Notes under the pieces: model-generated | Told to the model about the DNA's origin: nothing | Seen by the model: only the letters and a program-made list of their open reading frames with translations | The model's database searches: none | Made by a program: the position numbers and the translations under genes | In this document: positions 17,232-25,467 of the stretch, piece after piece | Layout: the number at the start of each line of letters is the position of its first letter | How positions within the stretch are numbered: position 1 is the first letter of the stretch | Assembly (NCBI GenBank): GCA_934096025.1 | Contig: CAKOLP010000001.1 | Coordinates: forward strand, 1 to 34,631 | Reading direction: 5' to 3' | Origin: an uncultured Bacilli bacterium | GTDB taxonomy: Bacteria > Bacillota_I > Bacilli_A > RF39 > UBA660 | Length of the DNA: 34,631 bases

Positions 17232-19712
17232 TTATTTGCTATCGCCACCACTTTTATTGGCACGTGCAAGTTTTTCAAATTCGGCATCTATATCAATATT
17301 TCTATCTTTCATCAATGTAATTAAATTATCAAAGGCATCAAAAGCATCTTGACCTGATAATTCTGATAATGGCGTAGTTCCAGGCGGCATATATTTTTCA
17401 TATAATGCAGAAATAACTGCCACATTTTCTTGCAATAAGTTGTTAACATTGGTTTTAGAAGAAGCAATTTTACTCCACCGTTGATTATCTCCTCCGCCAA
17501 AACTAAGTTGGGCATTGTTTAACGCTTCATTAGCTAAGTAATCAGCCACTTTATCTTTAGCATCATTATATTGTGCTTGTAACTTGTTCATGTAGTCATT
17601 ATATTGTGCTTGACTATTAATTACTATATCATTTCCATTAAAGTCTTTTACAGTTTTACCATTGACAGCGGCAAATGAAATAGTATTTAATTCCATTTCC
17701 ATATCGCCTAAAGATCTTACACATGGACTACCAGCTGAGGCAACAATACTTGCATTGTGAGCAACTGAGTTTAACATTTCATCTCTATGGGTTGCTTGGT
17801 AATTCACTTGCTTATTATTAATATCTGCTTGCATTTTATTGAAGCCGTCTTCTTGGAAAGCATAAGTTTTTAGATATTTTTTCAAATTTCTTTCAGATGT
17901 TGATAATTGATTTTTTAAATTTGCTAAATAATTTGAATAATCTAACTCACTATTAATAGCTATTTCATTACCGTTGAAGTCTCTAACTTTTTTACCAATG
18001 ATATCTTGAACATTACTTTTTCTCATTATATCTAAATGTTCATGCATAGCATCTAAAGACATATTAGGTCCCCCAGATGCTAAAACTAGTGCAGCGTTTT
18101 GACTAACTGCTTCCCGAGTTATTAAATCATCAACAACATTTCCTATCTTATCGTCTTCATTCAAGAATTTTTTATATGAATCTCTTTCGCTTTGCAAAGC
18201 ACTGTAGGAAGCATCAATGCCTAGATATGACTTAACAGCATCAGCTCTATCTCCCGCTGCATTCCATACTAAATTACTGGCATTTTGAAGCATTCCCATA
18301 GCTCCTGGAACGTATTTACCTGAAGCTTTATATCTTGCCCAATTTTCAGCTCTATTTCCACGTGCTTCTGTTGCAGCATCAACAGCTCCTCCTGCAGCTT
18401 TACGAACATCTGAAAAGTTTTTAGCTCCCCTTGCTCTATTTCCACCTCTAATAAAACCAGAAGCAGCACCAGCTCCAGCAGATAATACACCGCCCACTAT
18501 AGCTTTGCCTTTATTTCCAAGGCCTTTAGCCTCTTTAACTTTCTTTCCTGCAGCTACAGCATTTCTTGCTAAAGTTCCTGCAGCACCACCTACAGCACTA
18601 GCTGCAAGCAATCCACCACCAGCAGCAAGTTTTTCTCTTAAACCAAGTTTCATACCACCAGTATCAAGACCGAATAAATCGCCAAGAAGTTTAGGTATTT
18701 GTTTTATAAACATAACTACAGCCATAATTAAAATTGCTCGTACAAAAGTCGGTTGTAAAAAACCACTAAGTCCACCACTTTCACTTATTGTAGCTAGTGC
18801 TTCACTATTAACTATTATATTTATCATTTTTATACCAAAAGCTATAGCTCCGATTCTAATAAAGACTTCAACAAACAAGCTTATTATTTGTTTTACCCAT
18901 TTAGAAAATACGTCTTTAAGCTTTCCTCCTGGAACAACACGACAAACCACTGGTATCGGAGCAATTATTTGATAAAAAGCTAATTTTATCGTTCTTAGAG
19001 CCATATCAAAACAGAAGTTAAGAAGTACATATAATACAAATCCTCCAGCTATTGTTGATATTGGCCAGTAGTAATTAAGTTTACTATTATCATCATTCAA
19101 TTCTTTAGCTAGTTTTCCGTATTGCCCAAATGATGCACCATTATAAACTCTTGTATCAATACTTTTTAATGTATCATCGCCCGATCCTATACTTTCTGTA
19201 CACTCATCAGAAGCATCTAAAATATTTTCCGAACAACCGTCTTCTCCTAATTTAGGACTAAAAAATGCTCTAAATGTATAAAAAGCTATATCATTACCGC
19301 CTTTATTAATCAAGTCTTCTTCATTGCCATTTGTAGTATTGTCACTTAAAATAATCTTTGTTATCGTGCCTTGATTTAATAAAGCACTTTGAACATTAAA
19401 TACAAATCCAAAAATTGTTGGCAATACTGCCAAAATTACTAAAGAAACTACTACATTTTGGATAAGCTTAGGAAACGAACTTTCTCCCTTAGCAAAATTA
19501 TCCGGATTTATAACAGCCTTTAAAAGTGAATATGCTAGCACAAATAGCATTACTAAACCAATAACTATATATACTCTATTAGCTAAGTCTGTATATTCAT
19601 CCATTCCAAATAAATTGATTTTTGTTAAAGCAATAAAAATCTCATAAATATAACGAACAAAATTATATATTACACCATCTAACCACAACAAAAATTTATA
19701 AATAATATCCAT
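17232..19712 (-). CDS. VirB6-like polytopic T4SS channel protein with Gly/Ala-rich linker and duplicated C-terminal module
   Basis: Multiple TM helices occupy the first ~370 aa. A GGGLLAASAVGGAAG... stretch follows. Two ~85-aa repeats then occur (...KKVRDFNGNEIAINSELDYSNYL... and ...KTVKDFNGNDIVINSQAQYNDYM...). Confidence 0.7.
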   Translation of the reverse strand: MDIIYKFLLWLDGVIYNFVRYIYEIFIALTKINLFGMDEYTDLANRVYIVIGLVMLFVLAYSLLKAVINPDNFAKGESSFPKLIQNVVVSLVILAVLPTIFGFVFNVQSALLNQGTITKIILSDNTTNGNEEDLINKGGNDIAFYTFRAFFSPKLGEDGCSENILDASDECTESIGSGDDTLKSIDTRVYNGASFGQYGKLAKELNDDNSKLNYYWPISTIAGGFVLYVLLNFCFDMALRTIKLAFYQIIAPIPVVCRVVPGGKLKDVFSKWVKQIISLFVEVFIRIGAIAFGIKMINIIVNSEALATISESGGLSGFLQPTFVRAILIMAVVMFIKQIPKLLGDLFGLDTGGMKLGLREKLAAGGGLLAASAVGGAAGTLARNAVAAGKKVKEAKGLGNKGKAIVGGVLSAGAGAASGFIRGGNRARGAKNFSDVRKAAGGAVDAATEARGNRAENWARYKASGKYVPGAMGMLQNASNLVWNAAGDRADAVKSYLGIDASYSALQSERDSYKKFLNEDDKIGNVVDDLITREAVSQNAALVLASGGPNMSLDAMHEHLDIMRKSNVQDIIGKKVRDFNGNEIAINSELDYSNYLANLKNQLSTSERNLKKYLKTYAFQEDGFNKMQADINNKQVNYQATHRDEMLNSVAHNASIVASAGSPCVRSLGDMEMELNTISFAAVNGKTVKDFNGNDIVINSQAQYNDYMNKLQAQYNDAKDKVADYLANEALNNAQLSFGGGDNQRWSKIASSKTNVNNLLQENVAVISALYEKYMPPGTTPLSELSGQDAFDAFDNLITLMKDRNIDIDAEFEKLARANKSGGDSK

Positions 19713-19724
19713 AATTTAATCCCC

Positions 19725-20165
19725 CTAACTTATGTTGCAGGTACCATAGATACCAAACAATTCCATTAGCAATTCGACTATAATTGGCAAAAAGAAAATT
19801 AATACACAATAAATAAATCTTTTTATAGCTTTACTTCCTGCCTTTTTAATAGCATCCTTATCATTAGCTACTATAGCTTTCATAAAGTCTAATGTGACAA
19901 ATACAAAAAGAGCTATAATAGCGGCATATTTCATAATATCCAAAATTCGTTGAAGCCAATATGCCGGAGTACTATCTATGTCTGGGTCACCTAAATAGCT
20001 TTCACAATTATTTTCCATTGGCATAATACCATAGTTTTTTACAGTCATTATTTCTATTAATTCATCATTTCTATAAGATACCGCATTAACATCCTTTATA
20101 TTAAACGAAAAAAAGAATAGAAAAGTGAAACACAAAAACAAGAATTTATTAAAATTTTTATTCAC
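19725..20165 (-). CDS. VirB2/TrbC-like (pilin-like) small membrane protein, first gene of the T4SS operon
   Basis: A signal peptide (FLFLCFTFLFFFSFNIKDVNA) is followed by two C-terminal TM helices flanking the KAIVANDKDAIKKAGSKAIKRF loop. I prefer the GTG at 20165 (GGAG 8 nt upstream) over the track start at 20174. Confidence 0.5.
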   Translation of the reverse strand: MNKNFNKFLFLCFTFLFFFSFNIKDVNAVSYRNDELIEIMTVKNYGIMPMENNCESYLGDPDIDSTPAYWLQRILDIMKYAAIIALFVFVTLDFMKAIVANDKDAIKKAGSKAIKRFIYCVLIFFLPIIVELLMELFGIYGTCNIS

Positions 20166-20202
20166 TTTAATCACTCCAATTTCCTAAAAAAATTCTAACT
20201 AG

Positions 20203-20232
20203 ATTTTACCATAAGTATGGTATTTTAGTCAA
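20203..20232 (-). promoter_or_regulatory. Sigma-A-type promoter (extended -10) for the T4SS operon
   Basis: The minus strand reads TTGACT (20232-20227), an 18-nt spacer ending in TGG, then TAAAAT (20208-20203). This lies about 38 nt upstream of the first start codon. Confidence 0.55.
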
Positions 20233-20272
20233 TTTTTTATTTAACATGAAAAAAAGCAAGTTTAGCATATAA

Positions 20273-21532
20273 TTACTTTTTAAATTTTTTTAAAAATTTA
20301 TATGCTTTTAAGGCTTGCTTGTAGCTAAAATATACAAAGGGATTTATAACATAATCAAATTCTCCGATAAGCTCTATAATTTCTGGATTAAACCCTTTTT
20401 TTACTTCATAAATTCCATAATATGGATTATCTTTATCTAAGTTACCAGATATACCATAGAAATTTACATATTTTAATCCTTTGTCTAAAGAGTCTATTAT
20501 ATGAGCATTGTAATAAGCATACTTAGGATTAAATTCTTTATATAAAGCATTTGTTCCACTCATAAAAGTTATGCCCTCATCACCAATAAAAACTGACATT
20601 AATGCTCCGATATATATTTCATTATTGGTCTTTTTAAGAGATTTTGCTTCTTCTATTTCTTTTGTTAGTTTACTTATTTTGTTTTCTAGTTCTTGATAAT
20701 GTCTTTTAATTTTTTCGCCGATATTTATTTTTTTCATTTGAATTTTTAAATCAGAAAATTCTTTTTTAGCATTTTCTAAAGAATTATAAACATATTCATG
20801 ATATAATGACGTGTCAATATAAGTTATATATAAGGTAATATAGTCTTTTAGTAAAAGATACATTTTTTTGTAGTAGCTTGCAGGTCTTACAATAAAATTT
20901 TTAACTTTCCCTGTCTCTCTTAAAAGTTTGGTAAAAACTTCTATTTCTTTTTCATCTACTTTTTTTACTCTTACTCCCATATCTTTAGACTTAGTTATAT
21001 TTTTTTTAACACTTTTAGAAAAACTATTTAATGTATCATTATATGTTTCTTTTAGTTTGAATCGGCATAAGAATCGTGGTTGAAGTGTTTCAAAGTTTTG
21101 GGTTAGGCCTAGATGTTTAAACCCTATTTTTTTAAAATTATCTAATACAGTTTTTCCGTCTTCGGTAATTATATTGCCATTAGAATCCCTTGTGTTTAAG
21201 CAAATATTTGGGTCAACTTTTAAAAGAAAACCATGATTGTGTTTAACATATTTCACAACTTGCTCATGGAAAGACTTTAAAAGACTTAGATCATTTACAT
21301 CTAATAAATAACCTCGCGGAGAATAAAATAAACTAAGTTTTAAGGGCATCGTTTTTTCAAGTAACATAGTTACCCCGATTAACTTATCATTATCATAAAC
21401 ACCTAGTAAGTGATATTTCCATCCTGTTGCTTCTTTTAGTTTTCCCCAGGCTGGCAACTGATATATAGATATATATTCATTTTTCAAGGCAAAATCAAGG
21501 TAAGTTTTTTCTTCTAATACTTCCAATCTCAT
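20273..21532 (-). CDS. FemAB-family peptidoglycan interpeptide-bridge aminoacyltransferase
   Basis: The N-terminal pattern is typical (YQLPAWGKLKE..GW...LGVYDNDKLIGV...YSPRGYLLD). A central coiled-coil insert is present. Length is 419 aa. Confidence 0.85.
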   Translation of the reverse strand: MRLEVLEEKTYLDFALKNEYISIYQLPAWGKLKEATGWKYHLLGVYDNDKLIGVTMLLEKTMPLKLSLFYSPRGYLLDVNDLSLLKSFHEQVVKYVKHNHGFLLKVDPNICLNTRDSNGNIITEDGKTVLDNFKKIGFKHLGLTQNFETLQPRFLCRFKLKETYNDTLNSFSKSVKKNITKSKDMGVRVKKVDEKEIEVFTKLLRETGKVKNFIVRPASYYKKMYLLLKDYITLYITYIDTSLYHEYVYNSLENAKKEFSDLKIQMKKINIGEKIKRHYQELENKISKLTKEIEEAKSLKKTNNEIYIGALMSVFIGDEGITFMSGTNALYKEFNPKYAYYNAHIIDSLDKGLKYVNFYGISGNLDKDNPYYGIYEVKKGFNPEIIELIGEFDYVINPFVYFSYKQALKAYKFLKKFKK

Positions 21533-22752
21533 CTTTTTCTCCGTAGTCTTCTATAAATTTTTAACATACTAGGCAGTAATTTATACATTAGTTTATTATT
21601 TACTAAATCAAATTCTCCGATAAATTCAATATATTCGTCCCCGAACTTTTTCTTAAAATCATGTAATTTTGCCAGATTTTTATAAATCGTATGTGGATCT
21701 CCCGGCGTTCCAAAAAGATCAAAAAACTCATAACCTCTATTATATGCATCTTTAATTGCTTCATAATAACTTCTTGTTACAGCAAATGTAAGATTCGCTA
21801 TATCATCACTACCAATGTAAAGACTCCAACATCTATTATTAGTATAAGTACATATTAGGGAGCAAACAACTAATTCTTTTTTAGGTAGGTTTCTAAATGC
21901 TTCTTTTTCCTTTTCTAGTCTAGCAATCTTATTTTTTATGTCTGCTTCTTTTTTCTTAGATTTACTTAAAGATTTTCTTAGTTCATTTATTTCTTTGTCA
22001 ATGTCTTCTAATAGCTTGCTAGGATTTAAACTTATATTAAAATATTTCATTGCCCCTTGCATTTCTTGAGTAAAATATTCATAATACTTTAAGCTATGTG
22101 GGTCAAAACCGTCTTTACTACTGTTAGATTGTAAAAGTTGGTAAAATTCTTCTATCCTATCTTCATTATCTATTTTTAAATTATAGTTTTCACTTCTTTT
22201 AATTCCTTTTAAAAATGACTTACTAAAAGCTTGTTCTATTTCTTCCCAAGGTCTTTGCAAATTTATTCTAAATGTGTAACGAGGTTGATTTCCCTCATAT
22301 AACTTATAAAAGCCTGTATGTTTGTATCCTAGACTTAACATATAATTATAAAGTTCATAATTATTTTCTCCGTTTTCTTTAGGCAAGCCATTTTCATCAA
22401 TATCTTGATACTTAATATCTGGATCAAACTTAATATATATAATTTTATTATCTTTTGAATACTTTTTTAGTTGTTCAGTAATTTCTTTAATAAGTTCATA
22501 ATTAGAATAATCTAACAAAAATCCCCGTGGTGCATAACCATAACTATAACCTAAGGGTGTTTTTTTAAGTAAAATCAAGCAAGTAGCTACTAAGTTTCCG
22601 AATTCATCTTCCAAACCAACATACTTGGGAATTTGATTTTTGGCTTTTTCGCAAAATTGCCCCCATTCATAACTTTGTAAAAAATGTGATTTTGGATGAT
22701 TATCTACAAATTCTTTATATTTATCTTTATTAATATTTTCTATAAATTTCAT
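21529..22752 (-). CDS. FemAB-family peptidoglycan interpeptide-bridge aminoacyltransferase (paralogue)
   Basis: Family motifs HFLQSYEWGQF and YGYAPRGFLLD are present, with a coiled-coil insert. It overlaps the downstream paralogue by 4 bp. Confidence 0.85.
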   Translation of the reverse strand: MKFIENINKDKYKEFVDNHPKSHFLQSYEWGQFCEKAKNQIPKYVGLEDEFGNLVATCLILLKKTPLGYSYGYAPRGFLLDYSNYELIKEITEQLKKYSKDNKIIYIKFDPDIKYQDIDENGLPKENGENNYELYNYMLSLGYKHTGFYKLYEGNQPRYTFRINLQRPWEEIEQAFSKSFLKGIKRSENYNLKIDNEDRIEEFYQLLQSNSSKDGFDPHSLKYYEYFTQEMQGAMKYFNISLNPSKLLEDIDKEINELRKSLSKSKKKEADIKNKIARLEKEKEAFRNLPKKELVVCSLICTYTNNRCWSLYIGSDDIANLTFAVTRSYYEAIKDAYNRGYEFFDLFGTPGDPHTIYKNLAKLHDFKKKFGDEYIEFIGEFDLVNNKLMYKLLPSMLKIYRRLRRKR

Positions 22753-22871
22753 AAGTGATTCTCCTATCTATAAAAAGTTTATCACATCATATTATTTTTA
22801 ACAACATACTCTACATTTAGTTTGACAAATATATATTAATTAATACAAAAAATAGAAAATATTACTACTTT

Positions 22872-23519
22872 CTATTGTGTTATTTTTTGTCCGTCTTTAG
22901 TTATAATTGTATACGAAGAATTGCAAGTATATCCCTCGATACACCCAGTTACAGGCTCATACTCTAAAATATCTTCAACTTTATAATTTTTAAAATCATT
23001 ATCTAAATCAAAATTAATTTCTCCATTATTCCCAAAATAAACACTGTACACTTTTCCGTCTTCGGTTATAGCTAAAATATTAAAGTCTACAGAAGAAGAT
23101 ATGGTGTTAGTTCCTTTAATTCGTTTAATGTTTTTAATTTCTGTATATTTTTCTAGCTTGGGTTCTTCTTTAGAAATTGTTGGTAAATCCATAGTATAAT
23201 CATAAATGTTTTCTGTTATTGGTAAAAACTTACATTTGTAATATAAATAACCGTCTTCCACTAAAAATAGTTGTAATCTTAATTTTTCCGTAGGACTAGA
23301 ATCATATGATTTATCTATGGCATATGCAAACTTATCATTTACACTAATTGTTTCACTTTGTTTATTGTTTGTTATATCCTTGGGTTTATCCTCTACTTTG
23401 TTTGTATCTTCTGGTTTATTTAATACTTTATCATAAAATATATACCCACCTAAGCAAATACTTAAAATTATTAATGCTACACTTAAAATTATTAAACCTA
23501 TACTATTTTTGCTTTCCAT
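22872..23519 (-). CDS. N-terminally anchored protein of unknown function (paralogue A)
   Basis: The first ~37 residues (MESKNSIGLIILSVALIILSICLGGYIFYDKVLNKPEDTN) are nearly identical to those of the neighbouring gene. The rest of the protein is unrelated. Confidence 0.7.
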   Translation of the reverse strand: MESKNSIGLIILSVALIILSICLGGYIFYDKVLNKPEDTNKVEDKPKDITNNKQSETISVNDKFAYAIDKSYDSSPTEKLRLQLFLVEDGYLYYKCKFLPITENIYDYTMDLPTISKEEPKLEKYTEIKNIKRIKGTNTISSSVDFNILAITEDGKVYSVYFGNNGEINFDLDNDFKNYKVEDILEYEPVTGCIEGYTCNSSYTIITKDGQKITQ

Positions 23520-23532
23520 AACTTCCTCCTAC
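23413..23532. repeat. 120-bp near-identical module (RBS + anchor-coding 5' end), copy 1
   Basis: The sequence ggtttatttaatactttatcataaaatatatacccacctaagca...ccataacttcctcctac matches 24083-24202 with only a handful of mismatches. Confidence 0.85.
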
Positions 23533-24189
23533 CTAAATTGTAAATTGTTCATAATATATATGATTATCTTTAACACCTAAAACTAAATTAGCTTTTAGGT
23601 CTTTTGTTTTATTATTTTTATCTTTAATCGTTACTATAGTTTTATATTTATTGTTTTCTTTTTTTACTTCTGAATCTAAACTATAAGTATATTGGTTACT
23701 TCCAAAGCCGTCACCAGTATCATATGCTTTATAATAAACGTTATTTTCATAGTTTATTTTTTCTAAGCTTACATTAAAGTAATTTGTAAATTTTGTGTAA
23801 TCTGCTTCGGTCATAACTCGTGTACTATAAAGTGGATTAATATCTATTTCATCATATTTTATATTATACATACATGACATTAAGTAAGGCGCCATTTGTT
23901 CTAATAAATCGTTATTTGATACGTCAAGATAATCAGTACTCAAATAAAAACATTTATCTTCTAATGAGACATTACTAGTGTTTAAAGCAGATATAAAATC
24001 ATTTAATTCATTTTTAATTAAAGATAGGTTGTCATCTTGTCTGTTATTTTCTTGTTTATCTTCAATCCTGTTTGTATCTACAGGTTTATTTAATACTTTA
24101 TCATAAAATATATACCCACCTAAGCATATACTTAAAATTATTAATGCTACACTTAATACTATTAAGACTGTACTATTTTTGTTTTCCAT
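23533..24189 (-). CDS. N-terminally anchored protein of unknown function (paralogue B)
   Basis: The N-terminus is MENKNSTVLIVLSVALIILSICLGGYIFYDKVLNKPVDTN. The C-terminal domain diverges from paralogue A. Confidence 0.7.
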   Translation of the reverse strand: MENKNSTVLIVLSVALIILSICLGGYIFYDKVLNKPVDTNRIEDKQENNRQDDNLSLIKNELNDFISALNTSNVSLEDKCFYLSTDYLDVSNNDLLEQMAPYLMSCMYNIKYDEIDINPLYSTRVMTEADYTKFTNYFNVSLEKINYENNVYYKAYDTGDGFGSNQYTYSLDSEVKKENNKYKTIVTIKDKNNKTKDLKANLVLGVKDNHIYYEQFTI

Positions 24190-24202
24190 AACTTCCTCCT
24201 AC
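24083..24202. repeat. 120-bp near-identical module, copy 2
   Basis: See copy 1 at 23413-23532. Confidence 0.85.
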
Positions 24203-24233
24203 TTTACTGTATTCTAATTATAACATGGGATTT

Positions 24234-24830
24234 TTAAATATTATAATAAATCTTTTTGAAAATTAAGTTTATATCCGAAAATTTTACATTTGAAGCTGCT
24301 AATCCCCCTAGAACTTCTACATTAACACTGTATTTAGTATCTTCTTCTATTCTTAATAAAATGGTTTGATAAAAATGCATTATTTTGCCCTCGCCTTGTT
24401 CTAGTTTAAAATACAAATCTTTTACAGAAGTTTGGTTTTCATCTTGTAAATAGACTACTCCGCCATGGGCATTATCGGCGCCACTTATAAATGCCGTTAG
24501 GGTTATTTCATATATGCCCGGTTTAATTAAAACTTCATTATCATTTACTATTTCAAAATAAGCACTAGTATTTGGAATTAGCCAAGGCTCATTAATAATT
24601 AAAGCTCCCTCATTTGTGGTATCTAGAAAACTTGTGTAAAACATACTTTCTGTTGAAGCCGGAAAATTAATGGCATCACGACCTGGATCTCCTTTTGGAC
24701 CTTGCTCTCCTTGAAGCCCTATAGGACCTTGTGGGCCAGTCGGACCAACAAGAGTACAGATTAAACCTAAATCGAGTAATTCTTTTCTTAAATTTTGTTT
24801 TTCTTTTATTTTATTACAAAGATTTTGCAT
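24234..24830 (-). CDS. Collagen-like (G-X-Y) protein with beta-rich C-terminal globular domain, BclA-type architecture
   Basis: The collagen stretch is GPTGPQGPIGLQGEQGPKGDPG, preceded by LLDLGLICTLV. There is no signal peptide. The C-terminal domain is paralogous to that of 25468-26400. Confidence 0.8.
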   Translation of the reverse strand: MQNLCNKIKEKQNLRKELLDLGLICTLVGPTGPQGPIGLQGEQGPKGDPGRDAINFPASTESMFYTSFLDTTNEGALIINEPWLIPNTSAYFEIVNDNEVLIKPGIYEITLTAFISGADNAHGGVVYLQDENQTSVKDLYFKLEQGEGKIMHFYQTILLRIEEDTKYSVNVEVLGGLAASNVKFSDINLIFKKIYYNI

Positions 24831-24920
24831 TATATCACCTAATGTTAATATATGTTTTATTTAAAATATTGCCATTTACTTTAATATTATGATTTGATAC
24901 AATTAGAATGGTGAAGATAA

Positions 24921-25460
24921 GTGAATTTATTGGAAGTAGTATTAGTAATCATAATTATTTTAGGGATATTAGCTATTATATATACAGTGCTTTATAATAA
25001 TTTAGTTAGTTATAAGTTTAAAATAGAAAAAGCTGAGGGAATTATAGATGAAAATTTACGAGAAAAATATGATTCTATTTGTATCCTTAATAATATGATT
25101 AAAAAAGTAATTCCTAAGAAAGATTATTTAAAAGAATATATTGATCTTAAAAATAAAAGAATAAGTAATTATGATTTAGATAGAAAGTTAACTGAAGCTT
25201 TTAATATTATTATAGATGTTAAAAATGACTATAATGAATTAGATAATAAAGAATTTAATAATGAAATAAAAAAGATTAATCGTATAAATGTTACTTTAAC
25301 TTCTTGTAAAACTTATTATAATAAGAATACCGGGGAGCTAAATCAATTAATAAAGAAAATACCATCTAATATTGTAGCTAAGATAAACGGCTATAAGATT
25401 AAACCTTTTTTTGACGGGAAAAATATGCAAGATGCTGTTATAGATGACTTTAAGCTTTAA
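24921..25460 (+). CDS. LemA family membrane protein
   Basis: An N-terminal TM helix is followed by YNNLVSYKFKIEKAEGIIDENL. The C-terminal region YYNKNTGELNQLIKKIPSNIVAKINGYKIKPFF is typical of LemA. The start codon is GTG. Confidence 0.8.
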   Translation: MNLLEVVLVIIIILGILAIIYTVLYNNLVSYKFKIEKAEGIIDENLREKYDSICILNNMIKKVIPKKDYLKEYIDLKNKRISNYDLDRKLTEAFNIIIDVKNDYNELDNKEFNNEIKKINRINVTLTSCKTYYNKNTGELNQLIKKIPSNIVAKINGYKIKPFFDGKNMQDAVIDDFKL

Positions 25461-25467
25461 AAAAATC

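Noticed and set aside
18505-18972. A 155-aa plus-strand ORF, and several other 60-96-aa ORFs antisense to long genes. These are at 1683-1877, 1754-1936, 5840-6025, 6986-7261, 8290-8478, 9258-9476, 9654-9872, 11750-12040, 12217-12405, 17167-17352, 17321-17515, 18269-18490, 25693-25968, 30071-30256, 30441-30752 and 33476-33703.
   Set aside because: - All lie inside, and mostly antisense to, much longer ORFs with clear family motifs.
- They have low-complexity or Pro/Ala/Leu-rich translations typical of shadow frames.
- They lack convincing RBS sequences.
- The 155-aa one is the antisense of the Gly/Ala-rich linker of the VirB6-like gene.
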